Source: Chiloscyllium plagiosum
Taxonomy: Eukaryota
DNA length: 43,781 nucleotides
Direction: 5' to 3'
Assembly: GCF_004010195.1 (NCBI RefSeq)
Contig: NW_025215360.1
Location: 38,673-82,453 of the forward strand
The notes under the pieces were generated by a model that saw only the letters and a list, made by a program, of their open reading frames with translations, was not told where the DNA came from and ran no database searches. Position 1 is the stretch's first letter. The number at the start of each line of letters is the position of its first letter. Below, one piece after another: positions 36,677 to 43,781 of this stretch. The position numbers and the translations under genes were made by a program.

Positions 36677-37466
36677 CTCTCTTGGCATTTTTATCTCTTT
36701 CTGTAGTTCATTACATATCATTTTTTCACCCTTTTCTTGTTGATGTTTTGTAAAGGATACTTCCTTTAGATTCAATTTTATATTTGTCTCTCAAATGAAT
36801 ATGGAATCTTATTCCTGTTTGCTTTTAATGTACTTCTCTTGAATACTAACAGCTTCTCTTTTAAATACTCCTCACTATTGTTCCACATCTAAGCATTTGT
36901 TTTTCTCTTGGTCACCTCTATCCATACTCCCTCTGATTTTGATTTTTAAAAAAATCTCACAGTAATGTTCAAGAAGCCCATAGCAACAAGCAGCTGCAAC
37001 CAGAAAAGAGAAGTGTGACAATGAAGTTCAGAAGGTAAGTACATGAAACCAAGAGGATTAGGAAGTACTGCTGGAGGTTGGGGGTGTGTGGGGTGGGGTG
37101 CAGAATGCTGTAAAAGATGTCAGTCTCAACTGAAGAGAATGGAAGGCGGCAAGAGGTGATGCCTGCATGAACTGCATGGAGGGAAGTGCCTGAACGTGAA
37201 CTGGAAATGAGGAAGACTGAGAAGGAAAGCATTTCTGTAAACTGGGGTGTGATAGGTTAATAATACCTCTCTTGTGACAGTACCAAGAATGCAGGGCATT
37301 TTAAAATAGTGCTATTAACATTTGAGGAATGAAAAATACTATACATAATCCATATTTCTGCAGAAAAAAAAAGTATTCTTAAGTGTTCGAACATTTGATT
37401 GAGCTGCAGCTTACATTATGACAGTCCACAGTCCATTCCCCGTAACTGAATACCATAACACTTTCA

Positions 37467-37697
37467 ATTCTCTCATAATGTAGATGTCACTGCTGGAACT
37501 ATAATTTATTGTCCATCCCTAATCGCCCTGAATTGACTGGTTTGTTAGCCCACTGCACAGTCAACCTTATGACTGTGGATTTGGAGTCACAGGTAAGCCA
37601 GACTATATAAAAGGTGGCAGATTTTCTTCTCTAAGAATTTATTGATTCAGTTAGGATTTTATGACAATCAACAATAGATTCCTGATATTATTACTGT
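37467..37697 (-). mobile_element. Old SINE 3' half (family of 1590-1962)
   Basis: TTTATTGTCCATCCCTAATCGCCC...TGGAGTCACA...GGCAGATTT is the reverse complement of the SINE tail and core. Confidence 0.65.
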
Positions 37698-38499
37698 AGC
37701 ACCATCCCCTCCATGTAAACATAACATGAGGCTCTTTGAAACTGGTCAGCTTTTCCTCCTTTACTTGGTTGTCAAGAAGGCTGCTGAACTCAGCTGTTGC
37801 TCATACCCAAACTGCTGCTTTATTCTGCAATTGGGACTTTCCTCTGATTCTGCTAATGGGACTTTCTGGTCACGATTAATCAGGAATTCCTGTCAGCAGA
37901 ACAGTATCTAATATCGGATTGAAGCACAATCAGGCATTGTTGCCAAGACGGGCAGTGATGGGCACATCATGGTAGCATAATTAAATTTATTGGGGAATAA
38001 CGAAGGGGCAGAAGGTAGAGTTTGACTTTGTAAATTAGAGAGGGAAGTGGAAGGGAATAATTGCCCTTGAGAAGAAAGCAGAACTATTGTGGAAGTAACT
38101 TTTGGGTAAATAAGAATTTTCCATGTACTTGTTTTCAGTTTTTAAAACAAATCCTCCTAGTCGCAAGCATCTAAGGACTATTTAAAATAGTCCATTTTAT
38201 TAGAGGGTGAAATATTTTTCAGGGAAAGACATCATCAGATCTGTTTTGGATAAATGTGCTGTATGGGCAAAGCATTGAAACTGTGCATAAATTCAAATTT
38301 TATGTTCAGGTCTTCATAATTCACCACAATTCTGAGCTAGATGAAATGCAGGGACACAGGGTAGGAGCATGGCAAAGTAGTCAGGATGGAAAATGAAGTA
38401 TTTGGGTGAAGCAAGCAAATTTTTTTAGCAGTCCATGTTTGATATTACAGAAACACACTACAAACTTGCATATAATTTCATTAAATGTGACACCACACT

Positions 38500-41420
38500 A
38501 TTAGACCATAAGACATGGAAGCAGAAGGAGGTAATTCAGCCCATCCAATCTACTCCTTCATTTAATGAGATCATGGCTGATCGGACAATCCTCATGCTAC
38601 TTTTCCTTATAATTCTGAATTGCTTACTGAATAAAAATCTGCCTCAGCCTTGACAGTTCTCTGAAAGAAGAGATTCCTCCTTGTCTTGGTCTTAAGTGTA
38701 TAACCCTTTGTCTGAGATTATGTCTTCCAGTCCTAGACTCTCTCACAATGGGAAAAAACCTCTTTGCATCTACCCTGTCAAATCCCCTAAGAATCTCATG
38801 CGTTTCAATAAGGTCACATCCAATGAGTGCAGACTAAACCTCTCCTTATAAGGCAGTTCGTCCATACCAAGTATCAGCCTAGTGAACCTTCTCAGCATTG
38901 CTTCTAATGCTTGTATATCCTTCATTAGGTAAGGGTCCCAAAATAGTTCACATTATTCCAGCAGTGGTCTGACTAGTGCCTTGTGTACCTTCAGCAAAAC
39001 TTGCCTACTTCTTTACTCTATTTCCTTTGAAATAAAAGCCAAAAATCCATTTGCCTCCCTCAACACCCACTGAACTTAGATATTAGCTTTTTATGATTCA
39101 TGAAAAAAAGGTTTCCTAAATCCCTCTGCTCTTTGGCTTCCTGTAGTCTTTCTCCATTTATAGATATCAAGCTCCTCTATTCCTCCTGCTAAGTGCATAA
39201 CCTCACATTTCCCTATTACATCTGCCAATTCTTCTGCCCACTCAAAAGACAATCCTGTCCACAGCTCTCTGTAGACTTGGTGTCATCCTCACCAATTGCC
39301 TTCTCACTTATTTTGTGTTGTCCACAAGCATAGCAAGAGTAGATTCACTTTCATCATCCAAGTCATTAATATGTTTTGCAAATAACTACGTTCCAGCAAT
39401 AATCACTGTGGCAGCTCACAGGTTTGGAAGGTGTCATCAACAGTGCTATCAAGCAGCATCGGCTCAGTGACACCCAGTTTGGGTTCCGCCAGCAGCACTC
39501 TGCTCCTGACCTCATTACAACCTTGGTTCAAACATGGACAAAACAGCTGAATTCCAAAGGTGAGGTGAGAATGACAGCCCTTCACATTAAGGCTGCATTC
39601 GACCGAGTGTGGCATCTAGTAGCCAAAGCAAAACTGGAATCAATGGGTATCGGGGCAAACTCTCCAATGGAATCATACCTGACACATAGTAAGATGGCCA
39701 TAGTTGCTGGAGGTCAGTCATCTCAGCTCCAGGATATCTGTGCAGGAGTTCCTCAAGGTAGTGTCCTCGGCCCAGCCATCTCCAGAAGCTTCATCAATGA
39801 CTCCCTCCATCATGTGGTCAGAGAGGCAATGTTCGCTAATGATATGAATTGTACTGAACATTGTACTGAGTCGTCAGATACTGAGGCAATCCATGTTCAA
39901 ATGCAACAAGATCCAGGCTTGGATTGACAAGGGGTAAGTAACATTTGCATCACACAAATGCCAGCTATGACCATCCCCAATAAGAGACAATCTAAGCATA
40001 GCCTCTTGATATTCAATAATGTTACCATCACTAAATCCTCCACAATCAACATCCTGTGGGTTATCATTGACCAGAAACTCAAGTTAAAATGCTGCCTATG
40101 TCCCAGCTCCGTGTTTTAATTAGCCAATCCTGCAATCATGCTAATATACTACCTCCAACACCATGGGCTCTTATCTTAAGTAATCTAGTGTGAGGTACCT
40201 TATCAAAGACCTTCTGGAAATCCAAATATGTGTTACGTTCACTGCTTCCCTTTTATCTATCCTGCTTGTAGCCTCCTTAAAGAATTTGAGCAAATTTGTC
40301 AGGCACAATGTGTCTGGACTCACCACATAAACTCCGTGGCTACAAGAGCAGGTCAGAGGCTAGGAATATTGTGGCAGGTATCTCACTGCTTGACTCCCTA
40401 AAGTCTGTCCACCATCTACAAGGCACAAGTCGGGATGAGTGCAACTCCAACAACACTCAAGAAGCTTGACACCATCCAAGGCAAAGCAGCCCACTTGATT
40501 GGTACTATATCCAAAAGCATCCATTACTTCCATCGCCGACAATCCGTAGCAGCAGTGCCTACTATCTATGAGGTGCACTATAGAAATTCACCAAAGATCC
40601 TCAGACACCACCTTCCAAACCCATGACCACTTCTATCTAGAAGGACAAGAACAGCAGGTACATGGGAAGACTACCAACATCAAGTTCGCCTCCAAGCCAC
40701 TCACCACCATGACTTGGAAATATATCACTATTCCTACAGTATCATTGGGGCAAAATCTTGGAATTCTCTCCCTAATGACATAGTAGGTCATCCACAGCAC
40801 GTGGACTGCTGCAGTTCAAGGTAGCAGCTCACAACTACCTTCTCAAAGGCAACTAGGGATGGGCAATAAATGCTAACTAACCAGCAACACCCACTTCTCA
40901 CAAATGATTTTTGAAAAAATTATTTTGCAATAGATGCTAACATTTTCCCAATAACACACATTAAGCTAACTGGCCTGTAAGTTACCTGCATTTTGACTCC
41001 TTCATTTTTGAAATAAAAGAATTGTCTGTTTCCAATACTCTAGGCTTTCTCCAGAATCTCAAGATTGCCAGAAGATTACTAGCAGTACATCCACTATGTC
41101 AGTAGTTACATACTTCAGTGTCCGAGAATGCATCACATCGGGTCCGGGGACTTATTGGTCTTTTGCTTCCATTAATTTCCTTGGCACTTTTCCTGCAATG
41201 ATAGTTATTGTACTTATTTCCATTCCTTCTTATGTCCCTTGATTATTCACTCATTTTTGAATCCTGTCTAATCTTTAATCCAACTTTCTACCGTGAAGAC
41301 TGATATGAAATATTTATTCAACTCTTCTGCCATTTCCTGGTTCTCCATTAATATTTTCCAAGTCTCACTTTCTAAGGGGCTCACATTCACTTTAGTTTCT
41401 CTCTTCCTTTTTATATATTG
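38500..41420 (-). mobile_element. CR1 LINE in three collinear pieces (about 38500-39423, 40083-40313, 40920-41420)
   Basis: Reverse CR1 tail at about 38500, RT-region landmarks in the middle, and MENQEMAEELNKYFISVFTVE at 41268-41471. Confidence 0.85.
39424..40915 (+). mobile_element. 5'-truncated copy of the 9300-12020 LINE family in two pieces (39424-40082, 40314-40915)
   Basis: FGFRQQHSAPDL, GVPQGSVLGP and KKLDTIQGKA are present; aligns with 10740-12020. Confidence 0.92.
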
Positions 41421-42254
41421 AGAGAATGCAGATGTGCATTCAGACACCATACAGAAACAATATAATAGCACTCTTCAGGAACATTAGCATTTTGTAACTT
41501 TTGTCAAAGGGCAAAGTTGGTGTACATTCAAATTTTTAAAAAGGGATATCAGAACTTATACTAATGTGTGACATAAGTTGTTTTGTAGATCTCCTGCCTC
41601 CAATTGAAATATATGCTGAATTCAACATTATACAGATGTTTCTTTTCCAGTTGGCTATAAAAATGGAAAATCCCTTTGAAGCTGGATCTTAAAGCAATTA
41701 TGTTTTTACAATGCTATTTTCACCTTCCACAGAATCACAGATTGTGTGTGTTTTATGTCAAACTCCATTCAGACAGCATCATAACGATGCCAATTTCAAT
41801 ACTGCTGCACCATCTGTATTATATCTAAAGTAATATGAATACAGATGTTTTACGTATTTCCCACTAGCTCTTTATTTAAATATTTAACAGACACCTATAT
41901 CCAAGGATGTCCTATACTGCATATTGCACTTCTCATACACAAGAGGTATTCCAGCATAAGATCAGAAGTGATGATATTTGGGCAGGAGCTTGGTGAACCA
42001 GGACACTCAATTTTTTTTTCCCCTCAGGACATTGACCCTTATCTGGGGACTGTTGTGTAAAATGGAAGGGTATGGGCACCCCATCCTGATGGATACTTTG
42101 AAGTTTTTCTTAAATTATGAATGATAGTAGAACACTTCCATTCACTTATCAAACATAGCTAATAAAACTAGAAATGATGCGGCTTTGGCTAATTGTAAGC
42201 AAAGATCTGACAAGTAAAGGTCAAAATGTTACTGTGGTTATCATCTTGTGACAC

Positions 42255-42825
42255 ATGTCTTGAAATCTCCCATCCTAGGGAAAATGACAACTACCATTAA
42301 CTCTATCTATATCCCGCATTATTTTATAAACTTTTATCATCAGGTCACCTCGCTACCTCCCACGCTCCAATGAAATAAAGTCCCAGCCTACCTTTATAAC
42401 CCAAACTCTTCCATATCTGGCAACATCCTGGTGAGTCTCTTCAGACTCCTCTCCAGCTTACGAATATCTTCCCTATAATTGAGCGACCAGAATTGGACAC
42501 AGTATTCCAGAAGAGACCTCAACGCCCTGTACAATCTCAACATGATTTCCCAACTCCTCCATTCAAAGGACAGAGCAATGAAGGCAGACATAACAAACAC
42601 CTTTTAACCACCCTGTTTATGTGATGCAAACTTCAAACAATTAGGCACCTGTACCCCTAGGTCCCTCTGTTCTACAACACCACACAAGGCCCTAACATTA
42701 ATTGTATAAGTCCTGCCCCTGTTTGTTATACCAAAATGCAATACCTCGCATTTATCCAGATTGAGCTTCATCTGCCATTTTTCAGCCCATTGACCCATTT
42801 GATGAAGATCTTTTTGTAATCTTAG
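42255..42825 (-). mobile_element. CR1 LINE fragment (ORF2 C-terminal region)
   Basis: QWAEKWQMKLNLDKCEVLHFG and LEYCVQFWS on the minus strand. Confidence 0.9.
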
Positions 42826-43130
42826 AAAAGCTGCTTTCAATACAACACAGCGGCGTTTAAACCCACGACTTATTTTTTTAGCCCTGGTCAATTATATCAC
42901 CAACGTTACACGAAACAATAAATGTTTCATATTCCTCCCTCAGTGATGTCATTATTTTGAAGGAGAAGCTATTGTCAACACTGGACAGAATGTGAAGGAC
43001 GGTTATTTTCTAGGGTCGGAAGTTAGATGCGGATTTTCTTTTTAAAAATCTACACATCTAGAGAGTGGTTAGATTGTGGGAAAAAAATGCACGAACATAC
43101 AGCGTTCACATTCATATACTGTATGCTCAC

Positions 43131-43781
43131 CATCAGAAACTCAAACCGTTTGCCGTAAACGGTTAAATGAAGTTAAAAAGTGCGACTTCAGTTTTGACAA
43201 GATATCCTTTTATTCTCCAGTGGAGACTCCGACTGTTTAGCAGATTTTCATAAAAGGTCAGAAAAGTTGATTTCGAGCCCTGATTCGATTAAGTCTGAGG
43301 TCGCTCAAGCGCCTTGCGAGTATTTGTCGACGGTTTTGTGTGTGTGTGTGGGGGGGGGGGGGGTTCAGGGAGCGATGCAGCCCATGGCCACGTGATGAGG
43401 TTATCGTGCTGATCTCCAGGGGGTACAAGCTCGTTAGGATTAACTGGGATCGTGCCGCTCCCCCAGGGCATTTAGCAGAGGCGACTCGCGTCTCCAGATA
43501 AAGCGTTGCCTTCGCCGGTAGCACACCACTTCCAGAGACAGGGCACAGGCAGAATTAGGCACGGAAAGCGACAGAGAAAAGAAACAGGCACGCAGATAAG
43601 CGATATAAAAAACGCGGAGACAGCAGAGAGATAGAGGAGGCCGAGGATACCGAGAGAGGAATGGGGGGCGGGCGGGGGTGCTGGAAAGTAGACAAAGGCG
43701 AGAGAGAAGAGCAAGAGGGAGGGGTGAGGAAAGCATCGGCACCAGAGAAAATCAAAGGGGTGGAGGGTATTGGAATCAGAG
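43131..43781 (-). promoter_or_regulatory. CpG-rich region, probable BCOR promoter / non-coding first exon (runs off the window)
   Basis: GC and CpG density rise abruptly from about 43270 against a CpG-depleted background, upstream of exon 2 in gene orientation. A candidate donor GATG|gtgagc lies at 43131/43130. Confidence 0.55.

Noticed and set aside
43145..43165. 8-bp hairpin AACCGTTT-GCCGT-AAACGGTT
   Set aside because: Short enough to arise by chance in 44 kb, with no supporting context.
43258..43755. Several overlapping ORFs in the GC-rich end
   Set aside because: Low-complexity products expected from stop-poor GC/CT-rich promoter sequence.

Overview
This is eukaryotic, repeat-rich vertebrate DNA. 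The repeat families point to a cartilaginous fish, probably a shark (inference). The window holds the 5' half of BCOR (BCL6 corepressor) on the minus strand. Five coding exons splice in frame through GT-AG sites: exon 2 with the ATG (20195-20322), exon 3 (15603-15693), the 2871-nt exon 4 (5542-8412), the 57-nt exon 5 (4236-4292) and exon 6 (3675-3852). A CpG-rich probable promoter/first-exon region lies at the right edge, and I could not identify exon 7 or later exons. The introns contain degenerate CR1-group LINEs, tRNA-derived SINEs and non-autonomous DNA transposons. The most unusual signals are: (i) six short Penelope-type insertions, five with 12-15 bp target duplications, whose variable ends cluster at a minimal hammerhead-ribozyme motif, one copy forming a 65-bp foldback; (ii) a 29-bp hairpin-unit minisatellite; (iii) two LINEs that mutually interrupt each other; (iv) a possible fossil gag-protease region. 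I found no prokaryotic system, CRISPR array or intact RNA gene. Boundaries of old repeats are approximate, and comparisons with human BCOR and repeat consensus sequences are from memory, not from a search.
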